In this document: in pieces, positions 1 through 13,600 of the stretch | Position numbering within the stretch: the first letter of the stretch is position 1 | Layout: the number at the start of each line of letters is the position of its first letter | Assembly: GCF_011745625.1 (NCBI RefSeq) | Contig: NW_027191454.1 | Span: forward strand, 62,001-126,000 | Origin: Cladosporium halotolerans | Taxonomy: Eukaryota | Length of the DNA: 64,000 nt | Direction of reading: 5' to 3' | Made by a program: the position numbers and the translations under genes | Notes under the pieces: generated by a model | Databases searched by the model: none | What the model saw: the letters and a program-made list of their open reading frames with translations, nothing else | What the model was told of the DNA's origin: nothing

Positions 1-2
1 AA

Positions 3-98
3 GAAAGCCTCAATCGCTGGTTGGGCGCGTTCAAGAGCGTGCTGAGCCGGCGAAGAGCGGCGAGCAAGGATTACGGGACCGTCGCTGGCGCATCATGA
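3..98 (+). CDS. 3' end of a gene truncated by the window edge; probable C-terminal helix of a PH domain
   Basis: Frame 3 reads ESLNRWLGAFKSVLSRRRAASKDYGTVAGAS-stop (TGA 96-98); the E-x-L-x-x-W-L-x-A-F pattern resembles the Trp-containing terminal helix of PH domains; a T-rich 3'UTR-like tract follows. Confidence 0.4.
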   Translation, partial: ESLNRWLGAFKSVLSRRRAASKDYGTVAGAS

Positions 99-223
99 GA
101 CTCTCTTGTTGCGTCTATCTTCTATCTGTCCATATCCCTTTTCTTTTTTGATACCCAGATCAGGCCCATCAGCGGCAGACACCAGATGTATCCTTTCCAC
201 ATAGTTCACCAAATACCATCTTC

Positions 224-3200
224 CTATTTCCTGTGCTGCCTTCCGTACTCAAACAGCACGATCGCAGCGGCGGTCTGCACGTTGAGACTTCTCGTGACGC
301 CGATCTGCGGGATTTCAACCAGCATGTCGCACTCTCCCAGCACGGCAGCCGGCATTCCCAGACTCTCACTGCCCAGCACGAGGATCGTCTTCTCCGGCAA
401 CACCGCGCTCGCCTCGCCGAGCAACAAACTGCGGTCCGTCTGCTCAATACCCACCACGGTCCACCCCTCGCTCTTCTTCAGCGTCATCCAACCCGACATA
501 TCCGGCACCGTCAGCGGCATGATGTCCACATGATTATGCGACGACACGCTGACAGACGTGAAGTCTTTCTCGGCGATAATCCGCGGATCGCGGACGTACA
601 TGGCCTGCGCGCCGAAGATCTCCGACACACGGCTCAGGCCGCCGAGGTTGTAGGGGTTCTCGATCAAAGAGGCCACGAGGAGGAGCTCGTGCTTGCTGGA
701 TTTGGTGGAGGAATCGTCGAGCGAGGTCTTGAGGTAGGCGGTGCCTTTCGTCTGCAGGGCGATGGCTTCGTCTTGGGTCATTTGCTTGGGGCCCAGGAGG
801 GAGGGCTCCGCGGCTGGTTCGGGCTCGGCGCGCGGTGGTTTGGGGATTTCTGGGCCTAGGGGCATGCAGGAGGCGGGCCAGGTGGTGTTGTCCAGTTTGG
901 CGTCGTCGTTGTAGAGGTCTACGAAGGCTTGGCGGGTGGTGTACGGCGGGCGGGTGTAGTCGAGGTCGGTCCAGAGGCCTTCGACCAAGTTGGTCATTGT
1001 GTGGTCCGAGACTGGGTCGATTTTGCCCATGATGCGCTCGGCGGGCGGGTCGCCGAAGCGTGGCAGACTGCGGATGTAGTCGTCTAGCGATACATATGCG
1101 GGATTGTCTACGACTTTGCGCCATCCGTTCGCGCGTGCGTGGTCCATGAGCTGTGGGAAGGCCCATTGAGCCTCGTGCCTGATGACGATCTTGGAGCTCG
1201 AGGACAGGGCGATGAAAGTTGTCGCAAGGCTCTGGGCGAAGTCTTCGGTTCCGCACTCTGCGGTGGCGAGCATTACACCCATCTTCATGAGCGATGCAAT
1301 GAACTTGGGGTTTGATTGGTGATCTTTGGTCCCCAGCATCTCCAGAGTCTTCGAGCGTAGATCCGGATGACAAATCTGAATACGCACAATGGTCCATTCC
1401 ATGAGGTACCTGAATCGTGGTAGTGGTTCGAGGGATAGGATGAACCAGAAATCGTTGATCAATGGGTCAAGCACAGCTCTTTCAGTACTTGCTGCGAGCT
1501 GTTCAAAGCACAGCAGGACTACCTCCAGCTGGAGCGTCGTCTTCCAGGCAGACATCGTGGGTGGTGGGTTCTTCTGTCTCCTCCAGCGTGCAATAATCGT
1601 TTCGAGGAGCGATTGGAGGAGTTCAGGGTGCTGGCTGCCACATCGGCTGATGAGATCCAGATATGCAGCAAAACCATAACCCTCGCCTTTACCAAAGTAC
1701 TTTTCTTTACAGCTCTCACTTGATGTTTGAAGGTAATCTGCAAGCAAAGGAATGGCTGAGTACTCCATGTTGAGATCAATGCTAGGTTCTGGAGGGTTTT
1801 GTGCGAGCCTGAGAAGCGATGCATCCAAGTCCAGAATGGAGGCTGCTCGTGGTGTTGACAGAAGAATCTCGCGAATTTGTCCTAGGAGAGGCGCAAGTAA
1901 GAAGCTCCGCCTCTGAGCCAGATCCAAGAGACGGGGAACTGTAGCGGCAAGGAGGTCGCGAAGTCCAGATTCATTGCCCGCTTCCTCCTCCATCACCGAT
2001 CGCATCACGCATGAGTTGAAGAACACGAGTGGGAGCTTGATGAGCAGCTCCCTGGGATACTCCAGGTATTCCAAATCGGACCAGATGTCTTCAAGCGTAT
2101 TCTGAAGCTCGTCGCTGGGACGAGTTGACTGTGAAGAGAGCTGGCGCAGTGCTTCGTTGCACTTCTTGACAGCCTCGGCGATTTTGATGTCTCTTTGAGA
2201 ATACACCGGGGAGGCAGCTTCGACATTTTGCGTTGTCGAGTGGCTTTGAACGACGAACTCAGCCGCTGACCTGAGGTTTTGCAGGCGAGTTTGACTAGAA
2301 CTTGAAACCCCATCAGTGAGCGTCCTGGATCGGCCGTTGGCCAGTTCGTATATCCTCCAACAGTGGACAATCAGAACCTCCGTTGCAATTTCCGGCAACG
2401 TCCTCAGGCCTGAGATGAAAAGCAGAGTCTCCAGCTGCTCTTTAGACAACGACAAAGTTTCCACAGCCTCAAACGCTTGGCTGATGCCTCGAATGAGGTG
2501 GACCGCAGAATAAGCAAAAATCGTCGCATGTTTGCGCATGAGGTAGGCAAACATCGCATCAAGTAGTTGTGGTCGCAGATCGTCCGATCCACCTTTGATG
2601 ACGTTGCGAATGAATGTAGCAAGTCGGTCTCCGTGGCGGCAAGTTAATGAGTCGCCATAGATTTTGGTCGAAGACACAAAAAGATGACCTTCCATGACCC
2701 AAGGGAGGAACGACTGCGACATGAATTCTGCGAGACCGTCGGTGAAGCGGGAAGAAAAGAGCTCTGAACGCAGGATCCAGTCTCCGATGAACCTTCTGTT
2801 CTGATCCTGGGTCTTCGCATCGAGAGCCGTTCCAAGTAGTGTCCAAAGCCACCTCGATTGGATGACCGAATCTGCGGAGACTAGCAAGTTGAGGTCTCTT
2901 TGGCACTCTACCACAAGATTGGCATAGCGTGCAAGCACGAGTGTCTCAAATACCGTACAATAACGGCCATATTGGTAGCTGACAACGTTCGGAGATGCTT
3001 TATACCCATTAGTTGACTCTTCGAATCAAATGTGTGCGAGTTTCGACGTCAATGCATATAGTCCGAAACGATCGCAGAAAAGATTATGACTTACCGTTAT
3101 TTTTGCCGGCTACCGCACCTAGGTTCCCTTGATCAATCGCAAGGGCAACCGATCGTTTGAGAATATCAAGACACATCTTGCGGCGTTCACCATCTCCATT

Positions 3201-3980
3201 CCGAAGGCCTACGATCAACGGTTGCCAATATGCGTCATCGTTGAGGTCAATCTCTGAAACGTCAAGCTGGTCTGAAACCGCCAGCAAACGCATCCACAAT
3301 GCGTATCCAAGTGTTTGCTGAAGCTTTGAGTCCGACGAATCGATAAGAACGCGAATGGTTTCCCGCACCGTATTTAAATTCTTCTGAGCTGTCGTTGAGG
3401 ATGAGAATAACGAGAATACCAGGTCACGTGCAGCTAGTGCAGTAGCTCGATCGGTGTGATGTAGAAGTCCCAGGGCATTTCTGAACAAAGCCTGTTCGTG
3501 ATCACCGTTTCTCGCTGCAGGCACTACCTGTTTGGCGAACCGCAGCCAATACAGCACAGTACTTTTCGAAGCAGCTTTTGAGTCTTTCGCACCTTCATCG
3601 TCTTCTTGATCATCTTTGTCGACATCCTGGGAACCTGGTTTGATCGTGCTGGAAGACGTCTTGTCCGTGTTACTCAGAACTTCAACCGCAACCGTCACCA
3701 ATCGTTCGGACAACCCAATTGACTGATTGAGGAGCGAAGCGACGCTGTCAGGTGAACCTTGTTCAATCCTCGACACGAGAACGTCAATAAGATCGTTCTC
3801 CAAGGCAGCGTCATCTCTTCCGGCAACTAGTTCGACCGCAACACTAGCTGCAGCCTCGTCAAAGCTCGATCGAAGTTTTGTAGTGAGCTCCCGCGCAATC
3901 ACAACCTGCTGAGCTTCAGGAATGGTCCTTAGCAACACACCAGCAGTTTGTGCTCCCGAGGTCGAAAACTTCTGTGCCAT
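224..3980 (-). CDS. TRM3: tRNA (guanosine-18 2'-O)-methyltransferase, SpoU/TrmH family (Trm3/TARBP1); exons 3980-3095 and 2997-224
   Basis: C-terminal SPOUT motifs ENPYNLGGLSRVSE, LVLGSESLG and EIPQIGVTRSLNVQTAAAI after a long helical N-terminus; intron 2998-3094 (GTAAGT..ACTAAT..AAG) joins the two ORF-track segments in frame. Confidence 0.88.
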
Positions 3981-5471
3981 GATCGAACGGTATAGAGTGA
4001 GGCGGCCAGGTCTGATCACGAGGAATTTAGACCAGTGAGTAAACTTGTGCCTCAACAGACGTCGCCTGTAAGACCCGCGAATTTCCAGAGACCCTCTTTT
4101 TCCTCAATAATGACAGAATGGGATCACCAGAAGGAAGTGAATTCTCGATGCAAGCTTCAACGGGACGGCCCGCAAACGCCTGTCCACCGTACGATATTGT
4201 ATCCTCTATAGTGACCACCGTCATTTGCAAACGCGGAATATCAATCAATCACAGCGATTGAAGAGCGGATCGATATGTTGTGTTCTTGCGAGAACAGAAA
4301 CGCCACATACCCTCCTCACTCCAAGTACAAGCATCCTGGCCATCCTTGACATCGGCTGTTTCCGTCCATGGAGTCTCGTGCAAAGAGACGACAAAGGAAC
4401 ATGGACTCAATCCGCGCACTCACTGTCACAAATGCAAACAGCATCGGAAGCGCGGTTATTAACGCCTGTGTAATCATTCAAGTATCATTCCCTCCCCAAA
4501 TGATGAAGTCCAGCAGACCACTCAGCACTAGCAATATTGTAACTTCTTTATCGCCGGCGCTACGTACCTAGTAGCCTCTCCATCTTAATATCGTCAGGCA
4601 CGAGTCCGAATCGAGACGTGCCCATCAGCTTCGACAGCTTTATCAGAACCACTCATTCTTCCTTCCCAGCCACCCGTTGAGACGTCTCGCGCGCCCTCAC
4701 GAGCGCCACAGTCCCACACATCGTTCCAGGCAGCTCGAGTTTCAGCTTCTGGTACCAGCCAAAAGCTCAACACGTCCAACAGAACAACGCGCAAAGAAGA
4801 ATAACAGCAAACACGCCAAAAAAGAAATCCCAAAATCGACCCACCGACAAAGCCCATCAACCCCTCCAATCACCCCTCCCCTCCAAACCCAACCCCAACC
4901 CCAACGAATCCCCCCAAACCCCTCCCTCTCCACACTAAGCGCAATCCCCCGCTTACCCCTTCGCGCCTTATCGCGCCCTGCCACGCAAACCCCCAAGGTA
5001 AGCGAACAAAACCGACCGGGGGAGGAAGGAGCGCGAAGTCGTGGAACGCGCATGGGGTTGTGGGCGGCTCAGCCGCGTCTCAACCGTTGTTGGGGTCGGG
5101 TCGCAGGTGCTGGCTGGGGTGGGGGGTGGGGGAAATTGGGGATTGGGGATTCATCAGCTGTCGACCAACGCGCTTGATAGAACGGCGTGAGACCTGACGC
5201 TGGCAATGATCCTCGAGCTGCACGCTTCTTCTTCGAATGCCTCGAGTGGATGTTCACGAAAGACATTTGTCATGAGAGAGGGAGATGCCACGACGGTCTG
5301 GAATGATTCAACCCTTTGTCCAATTACGATGGCGCTGATAGCCTGTTTTCTCCTCTTCTTCCGTTCCGCTCCTCGACTACATATGTCCAAGCACGCTTGC
5401 TTTCGGTCGCTTCGCTGAACGACGGTCTCGCTTTCTCTCCTTCTCGGTGAAAGGGAAAGAAAGAAAGAAAG

Positions 5472-5498
5472 AAAAATCAAAATCAAAATCAAAATCAA
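5472..5498. repeat. (AAAATC)n microsatellite in an A-rich low-complexity tract
   Basis: About four tandem AAAATC units preceded by (AAAG)n. Confidence 0.8.
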
Positions 5499-5825
5499 AG
5501 AATCAACAAAAGAAGAACAGCGAAAAACGCTTCCCAGGCTCGCACGCCAGATCATCTCAGAAAAAAACCGCGCTTCGGTCCCAACCAAAAACAACAACAA
5601 GGAGAGGAGTGACGATATGCCAAAGAGCCGACTTCGATCCAGCAACGGCCGCGTGAGGTCCGAAGCGCGGTGAAAAAACCAAGATCGTCGGTTATAAAGG
5701 GAAAGCGCAAGGAGCGGAGTGAGAAACATCGATCGAACAGCACCATTGTCAAAACCCGACAATTCCTCCTCTTCCTCCGCACATCCACAGCACGAACCCT
5801 CCCCGCGAAAGAGAGCCTTCCATTC

Positions 5826-7478
5826 TCAAACCAACGCTCTCGCCCTCACCTCCTCAACATCGTCCGTGCCGCCATACCGCCTCAAATACGACTCGATCGC
5901 GCGCTCGTCCAGCGCCGCCCCAGGCCCACCACCCGGCGTCCCGGGCTCCGAATCCGCTTCGACACCCTTGCCGCCAGCGACGACGGGGTGCCCCATGCGC
6001 AGCATGCGCGCCAGCTGGTCCATGCTGCCCGCGAACCAGCCGGTCTGGGGGTCGAACTGCGGGCTGGGCGGGTGGGCGGGGTCTTTGCCGGGGGCGTCGT
6101 CGGGAGGGTGGCTGCCTGGCTCTGCTTCTTGAGAGTTTGAAGAGGCGAAGCGCGGCACGGAAGCGGACTGCTGCGGGCGGAACTCGTAGCACTCGCTGGC
6201 GTCGGAGGAGTCCGAGGCGACGTCGTTCTCGTCGAAGTTGTAGAAGCTGTTCGCCTCGCCGTCCGAGGCCTCGAAGCCCGAGACGACGAAGTCGTCGACG
6301 ACTTCGTCTTCCTGCAGCGTCAGGTCCTCTTCCTGCGCGGCTTTGTTCGCCAGCCCGCGGGCCAGGTCGCGGTTGAGCTGCTTGAGGGTTTCCTTGATGC
6401 GCAGGCGCGAGCGCGGGTTGATCATCTGCTCGAGCTGCAGTTCGGTCTCGGCGATGGCGCGGATGATGTCTTCGATCATGGCGTCTTGGGCGGAGGGCTC
6501 TGCGGCGGCGGCGGGCTCTTCGGAGGGCGGGGTGACGGGGTCTGTGCAGAGGATGTCGGCGAAGGCGCGCTCGAACTCGCGCACCATGCTGCGGTCGGGG
6601 ATGGCGAAGACGATCTCCTTGATGCCGTCCCAGCGCTCGGCGTTGGGGCGGCGCTGGCGGGGCCCGCCGGCGATGACCTTGCGCCAGATCTTCGCGACCT
6701 CCTTGACGGGGTTGCCGTAGGCGCCGCAGCCCCAGGCGCCGAGGACGATGCGCTCGGCGCCCTTGGACTCGGCGATGCGCAGGACGGCCTTCATCTTGCG
6801 CGTGACGAGGTCGCGGTCGGTGTCGCAGTAGCTGACGCCGCAGGTGCAGGAGGACTCGCGGTCTTCGCTGCGGCCGCGCGAGTCCGGGAAGCGGAACATG
6901 CCGGCGCTGAGCACGTCGACGAAGTAGCGGTCGCGCTTGGCCAGGTCGTTTGCCTCGGGGGTGGAGTCGCGGAAGACGAGGACGTCGGGGGTGTAGACGG
7001 CGCCGACTTCCGGGAGGCGGTAGAACGAGTCCCAGAGGGACGGGTAGAGAGTGGTGCGCGCGCAGAGGAACTCCTCCTGGCTGTTAGCTCCGTCCAGGAA
7101 GCCTCCGCCTGGTCGCAGAGGAGAGGCCATGTTGAGGACGGCGACGTTGGGTCTGCTCTGGGTCTTGGACGTCGGGGCGGTTCGTTTGGCGGCAAACGGA
7201 CGCTCGGAGGCCTTCGCGGCGGCGCCCAGGGTGTCCGTACACTGGACTCTGATTTTGATGTGAGTGCCGAGCGCTGCGGTGGAAAGCTGGCCGAGAGCGG
7301 GCCTGGAAGCAGGAGGGTCGACGAGGAGTTCGGATTTGTGGATGCCGTGGCGTGCTCTGGGGCTGGCGCGCAGCATTTCCGGAATGGCCTTGGTGATGGT
7401 GTCGTTCGCTCTCAGGGCGCGCTCCGCCCGGCGGGTCTGGTTGGGCGGCATGGCCACGGCGGTTTGGTCGAAGCCCAT
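5826..7478 (-). CDS. TIGR02452/DUF2263-family protein (microbial-type PARG-like macrodomain) with an acidic C-terminal tail
   Basis: Motifs VLNMASPLRPGGGFLDGANSQEEFLC and LGAWGCGAYGNP; strong GC3 coding bias; intronless 550-aa ORF. Confidence 0.82.
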   Translation of the reverse strand: MGFDQTAVAMPPNQTRRAERALRANDTITKAIPEMLRASPRARHGIHKSELLVDPPASRPALGQLSTAALGTHIKIRVQCTDTLGAAAKASERPFAAKRTAPTSKTQSRPNVAVLNMASPLRPGGGFLDGANSQEEFLCARTTLYPSLWDSFYRLPEVGAVYTPDVLVFRDSTPEANDLAKRDRYFVDVLSAGMFRFPDSRGRSEDRESSCTCGVSYCDTDRDLVTRKMKAVLRIAESKGAERIVLGAWGCGAYGNPVKEVAKIWRKVIAGGPRQRRPNAERWDGIKEIVFAIPDRSMVREFERAFADILCTDPVTPPSEEPAAAAEPSAQDAMIEDIIRAIAETELQLEQMINPRSRLRIKETLKQLNRDLARGLANKAAQEEDLTLQEDEVVDDFVVSGFEASDGEANSFYNFDENDVASDSSDASECYEFRPQQSASVPRFASSNSQEAEPGSHPPDDAPGKDPAHPPSPQFDPQTGWFAGSMDQLARMLRMGHPVVAGGKGVEADSEPGTPGGGPGAALDERAIESYLRRYGGTDDVEEVRARALV

Positions 7479-7880
7479 GTTCGCAGGGCTGCCGCTGTGG
7501 TTCGGCTTGCGCTGTTGCAGATGCGGGGAAGGCGAGATGTGAAGCGCCAGATGGGGAGTGGGAGATGGAGAATTCGTTGCGAATAATAGTGTAGTTTGGT
7601 CTGGTGATGTTCAAATGTCGTCCTGTGGGATGGACGGGTCCAGAGGGCTGAAACGAGGCGTGGGAGAGTCGCAGCGAGGGTGTCTTGTGCTGCGAGCGGC
7701 CGGGGGTGGTGAAGACGGGGTGAGGTCAGCGGAGCGTTGCGAAGTTCGGGGCAGGCATGTGAAAAGCCGCCTGGAGGTGGAATTGGCCGGGCTTTGTCCG
7801 CGCGGGCGTGTGCTCGTGTAAGATCAAGGCTGATCTCGTGCCCAGCTCGTGCTGAGAAGGCGAGGGCGAGGTAAGGCAGT

Positions 7881-7918
7881 TGCAGGCGCAGGCGCAGGCG
7901 CAGGCGCGGACGCAGGCG
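7881..7918. repeat. (GCAGGC)n hexamer microsatellite
   Basis: gcaggc repeated about six times with one variant unit. Confidence 0.75.
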
Positions 7919-10653
7919 TTGCACAGTAGGCACTGCGTCGTCGACCCACGGCGGTGCGCAAGCGAGCGATCACGGGCGTGGGGGCGTGCGAGGGATGGCA
8001 GGCTGGCGCAGCGGGCGTGTGTCAAGGTGGTGAGACGGGCGTGCGAGGTGAGTAAGTAAGGTAATGGGGTGGGTTGGTGTGTGAGAGAGAGTGTGTGTTG
8101 TGAGTGTGAGTATGTGTCTGGCGGCAGTGGTAGTAGCAATGGCAAGAGGCAGACACGGCCAGGCACGACAGACGGACGGACAGCCAGACAGCCAGACAGA
8201 CAAGAGACAGGCGAGACGGGCCCTCCTGCCTCCCACTCGCGCTGCACATGGGCAGTCCGACGACAGCGAGGCCGGCGCAGAGGGCGCTGGATGGCGTCTT
8301 GCGCTCTCGTTCGCCCAGCACGCGGCCTGAACTCACCGAGCCAACTCCCCACGGCCTGAACTCACAAGCCAACCTGGAACTCACCACCCGCCGCCCGCCC
8401 ACGCTGCCCGCGAACATGTGAAAGTGGCGTGTGCGCGCGCCATGCCGTTCGCGGCCGTAGCCGGTCTCGGTCCGCGCTGGTGACGATTATAGGAACGCGC
8501 CGCCTCGTCTCAGCCCTGCTCCGCCCTCGCTTGGCCTGCTGAGCCTGAGATCCATCCCATCCACGCCCGATGCTTTGCGTGCTGCCCTCCAACACCCAGC
8601 ACACATCCACCATGCGTGTCATTCCCACCAGACAAACTTCCCCTAGCCTTCCAATCCCCCATGGACCACGCTCCGACCGTCTCGCCGCAAGCTTTCGCGT
8701 GCTCGCGGGGTGCAGATCATGGCGCACATAGAGTTTCCGGATGCCGATGGAGATGGCGCACTGCTTCCTGCCTGTAGGTCAGTAGGAGGGTACCTAGTAA
8801 GTTTCAGGCGCTTCGGGAAAAGTATCGGGCCTCCGTCAGCGTCGCTGAAGGAAGGCAAAGGTAACGATCCCGTCATGTGCCCATCTTGCCCGCATGTACC
8901 TCCCGTCCGTACACGCTCCCTTCGCAGAAAATAAATGCCTGCCAATAGCACACCGACCGCGGAGCCTCCCTGTTTCCCAGGCCCTGCGTCGCAATTCCGA
9001 CCACGCGTGTTCGGAGAAAGGCTCTTTGCCAATTTTTTTTGTACCGATTTTCACCTGCCTTATCGCGGCGCAAGCGCGCGATCTTGCGACAGAGCGGATG
9101 GTCACTAGCCGTGTTACGGATTGCTCGACCGGCCAGCCATCGCCAGATCGCCCATCGCGAGAATCGCCCGACGGCGCGAAATATCCGGCGCCCCGCCGCA
9201 GCAGCAGCCTCCATGTGACAAAGCCATGGCATGGGCATGGCATGGCGTGCATTTTCCACCACTCGCGGGTGATTACCTTACCTAGGTTACGTCCTAGATA
9301 ACAATCCAGTAATAAATCACAGCAACCATCATGACCATACATCAAGCCTCCATACAAAATCCTCACAAATACCTAACAGCCATCAAACTCGCCGCAATCG
9401 CCCGTTGCCGGGGAGGGAGCCAGGGAGGGAGCCAGCTCATCAACCCGCAAGCGGCTGGCTGGCTGGCTGGCTGGCATGTCTCTGACGTCGCTCTGTGTCT
9501 CTCTGGCCCTCGCCCGGCCACGCTTCCGGCAAAACCACTCTTGCAAGTCTCACATGCTGAAAAGCTGATCGCGAGATCGCATTGTTCCTTGCCTCTTCGT
9601 GACGCACGCTATGCGTGTATGCACCGGTGCTGTGCTGTGCGGTATCCCGTCCCGGCCGGAACGGCTCTCTTCGGGGCTGCAGCAGCGCAGTGCAACGCAG
9701 CCGGGTGGGTGTTGCGGTGGCTGAAACAGGCGCAACGGTCGGTGCGTGGATCTAGGATTCCTTTCGGGTGCTCTCTGTAACCAACCTTTTTGTGATCGAT
9801 GGTCGTTGAAGGATTGGCGTGGCACTTCACGGCCATGCCCTGTCAGCAAACAAGCAGCCAAGCGCGCTCACACACTACCTTACCAGACGCCGCACGCGCA
9901 GGGCCCTCCTATCCGATGCCTTATCACGTAGATTCAAAGCCGTGCTCTCATTCATCCTTAGCCCGCAGACGCATAACGCCCAGGATGCGCGATTGCCCAA
10001 AGCAGCCAACCCAACCCAACCCAACCCAACCAGTTCACAGGAGCAGTGTCAGTGCCAGCGTAGCGCAGCGCACATATCGTTGCAAGGCAGCCAGTCGGGA
10101 GTCACCTCGTGGCCGTACGTGGCTCAGCCTTGCCGGACGCGGTGTCATCCGGGACAAGCAAACCAACGCTGCGAACGAGAGCGGCCGGCTTGCAGGTCGG
10201 CTTTGCATGAGTTTCCCGAACAAAGGGATTTCGGGGTCGGTACGGTGCGCACGTGTTGGTCCTGGGCCCTGCGGTCAGACGAACTGGCCGAACCGGTCCG
10301 ATGTCGCCAACACATTGGGCAGCGGGTGGATTGATAGTGGAAAAGAAAAGGCAAGTAAGAGGGTGCAAGTGATTGTTGCTTTGTTGGCAAAAGAGTCAGC
10401 GGAACGCAACGAGCGTCCCGCGTCCTCCGATTTCATTTCCATTCGGTTCGTAGGATTCTTGTTCCCAAAGAGCGCACATGTCTGCTGCTATGCTCTGCCT
10501 GTCTGACTATGCTTTGATTACCCGTGATTCCATGATTCCATGTCCCGTCGGCCAATACCAACCCTCCCATTCCTAAGTCCATCATCCCATACCGCATACA
10601 GAATCCATTCATGCCCAAGTCCCCTCCCTGTTCAACGAAACCCAGTCCCAAAC

Positions 10654-13600
10654 TCACCCCTCCCCAAACCCCCCAAACCCCTCCCCACCCATCAACCCCT
10701 CCCACCTCCCCGGCGTCGTGAACGTAGGCAAATCCCCCAAATCCACCCCACCGGGACTCGCTCCACCGCCGACCCAATCGCCCTCGCCGCCGGTAGCCGT
10801 GCTCAGCAACTGCGACAAGTGCCTGGAGAACGGCGAGACCTGCGCGCTGCTGTTGCGGCCCGGGGTGTTGGCGAGGCGCGTGGGCGTCGAGCGCAGGAAG
10901 TAGCGCGCGGAGCCCGGGGACGTGAGGAAGTCGCTGTGCGGCGGGGCGCCGCTGTTGTTGGCGGCGGCGGCGGAGGGGGTGAGGAGCTTGCGCTTGCGGG
11001 AGGCGGGGGTGGGGGTTTTGAGGAGGTGGTCTTGTTGGCGCGAAGCGGTTTTCGGTGGGGTGGTTTTGCGCGGGGTTTTTTTGGTCGGGGTGCGGAAGAG
11101 GGACGTCGGGGAGCCGGCGAAGAGGTGGGCGAGGGGGTCGTCGGCGTCGTCGGAGTCGAAGGGCGGGGGCATGTTTTCTTTGTCGAGGGCGAAGGCTTCG
11201 AAGATGGCGACGTCGTGCTGCCCGGGGGTTGTCGAGGGGGTTTTGGAGAGGGGGTCTTGTTTGTTGTTGTTGTCCGTGGGTGAGTTTGAGTTCCGCGAGG
11301 TTTTGTCGTCGAGGCCTTTGATCTGGCCTTGTTGGCGAGGCGAGGGAAAGAGCATGCGCCTTGTAGGCTTGGGCGTGAGTTCGTCGAGCTCGATTGGGCT
11401 GTCTTGCGAGCCTTGGAATCTGCCAGGGCTGGATTGGATAGCACGCTGGAGCGCGGCGTCGAGTTGAGAAGCGTCCCATTGTGAGTTGCTTTCCGGACGT
11501 TGCTGCGCTTGCATGCTATGCGCACGTGGCCTTCCAGAAAACCCACGCTGTTGCTGATCTGCTCCGACTGTAAATTGGATGGTCCGGTCATCCGCGGTGT
11601 TATCTTCTGGCACGTCTTCCGGCATGATGGCGTCCGTGAAGAACGCTTCAGATTCCGGCTCGACGGAGTCGGTCGCAATCCCAATCTCACCCATCCTGTT
11701 CTTTCTGCTTTTCCTCGGTCCAGACTTCTTGCCCCATCTGTCCTTTGGCCGCATGTTGCGGTTCTTCTTGAACCACAGACCGCACGGGTTGCAAATGTTG
11801 ACTTCCTCAAAACCCGGTCCAGCCGCCTCCTTGGCCGCCTTCTTCATCGACTTCCGAATAATGAACTTCGACACTTCCCCAGCATTATCCCATTCCAGAG
11901 GATCGACTCCAATCGTCTCGCCTTCATCCTCGACAGAGTCCAAAGGTCCAGGCTTTCCCTCCACCACCTTGAAATAAAGCCTGCGCCACGTCGGCGTCTC
12001 GATGGCGCCACAGTGCACGCAGTACTGCGGCATCTCGCCTTTGGCAACAGCATCGTGCATACGCTGTTCGATGAGCTTGCGACGCTGTGCTCCCGAGCCG
12101 GATCGGTTAGGGCCGACGGGTCGGCCTTCAGTATCACTAGGAGCTGGTGATCCAGCCTCGGAGTCTGCATACACGCTGCGAGCGCGTCGAGAGACTTGTC
12201 GCTTCTTCGCTTGGTTTCCTGCACCATCCGACATATCTTCAGGTCGAGCAGCAGGCTTGGTTGGTAGGGCAAGAGAGCCACGTCGCGACTCGGGGGCCAC
12301 AGAGCCAGCCATGGACGGTGGACGCTGTGTCAAGGAAGCCGCCGGCGCCAGGGATGGTGCACGAGAATCAGCGCGACCGCCAAGATTGTCGTTCGCGGCT
12401 GGGTTGGGAGTCATCGACCTGGGCGCTGGACTGTTAGTCCGGGACACTCGCTTGGCGGTGGAACTTCTACACGCGGATCGGAATGTCAGTCGGCATATCC
12501 TGTATCAGACCTCACAAAATCTAGCCAAAGATCCTGGTCAATCTCTTGAGTCAAGTCAACATACCGTTCGCGACCTCTGCCAGGAGGCAAGTTCAGAAGC
12601 ATCTTCTGAGGCAGCTGGTTCATATCCCCCGGCTGCTCCCACTCGAAATTGAGTTCACTAGTAGGAGCATCACTTGGGTAGGGAGCCGGCATCTTAGTCA
12701 CGTCGAGACCCTCACTCTTAATATGGGTCTTGCGAGTCTGTTTTCTCGGCTTGTATTGGCCTGCCATCCTGTAGTCCTCTGCGTCCGGGCTTCGATCTTC
12801 GTTGTCACCGTCAAAGGTGTCCATGAAATTACTGCTGTGGAAATTCCGCTCACTCATGTAGCCACTATCAGCCATGCGGGGCGGTGGGAGCGTCGGCAAC
12901 CCAGGACTACTGGGCGTTGGGTGGTTGACACCAGGGAAGAGTGGCGGCGATGATGGGAATTCCTGAGGCGTTTCTCCTGCACCAACGCTGTTCTCTGGAG
13001 AAACATCTTCCGGGGAGCTTGCGATAGCTTCTGACATCTGGTCGATATCCGACATGAAGTCAGAGCCTGCTGTGGATGCTTGGCGCAACATACTCCTGGA
13101 TGACGGCATGCGCGGGCGCTGATTCCCAGGGAGACCGAGGTGCGGTGTGGGCGTCGGGACGCGAGGAGGAGGCTCCAAGTTGCTTCCGGGCGCAGAAGGG
13201 CGGGTGGGGACAGGGCGGTGCATCTCCATCGACGCAGCAGTCGCGGCGGTGACTCGAAGGTCAGACGACCTGCCACCGAACGAGGACTTGCCGCGCCAGT
13301 CCGTCTGCGTGACCTTCGCACGTTTGCGGGGTTGTCCATCTTCATTGTAGAAACTCTCGACGTGTTGAGTCATGTCCCCAGAGAGTGTTGATGGCTGACG
13401 TTGGTGGGTGTATTCACTTCGCACGCTAGCACGTGATCCGGGGCGCGACTGATCCGCGAAATTCGATGGAGCAGTCGAAAAGCTCTGATGACGCAATTGC
13501 TCGTTAAAGGTGCTGGATTCCGGACCCATCATTGGACTTCCAGCTCGGCTGCCTGGGGCACTGTGAGTGTGGGAGGGAAAAGCGGGGTTGATTACTCCTG

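Noticed and set aside
9226..10031. Short microsatellites (CATGG)n, (GGCT)n and (CCAAC)n
   Set aside because: Ordinary simple repeats; no repeat-spacer architecture, so not CRISPR-like
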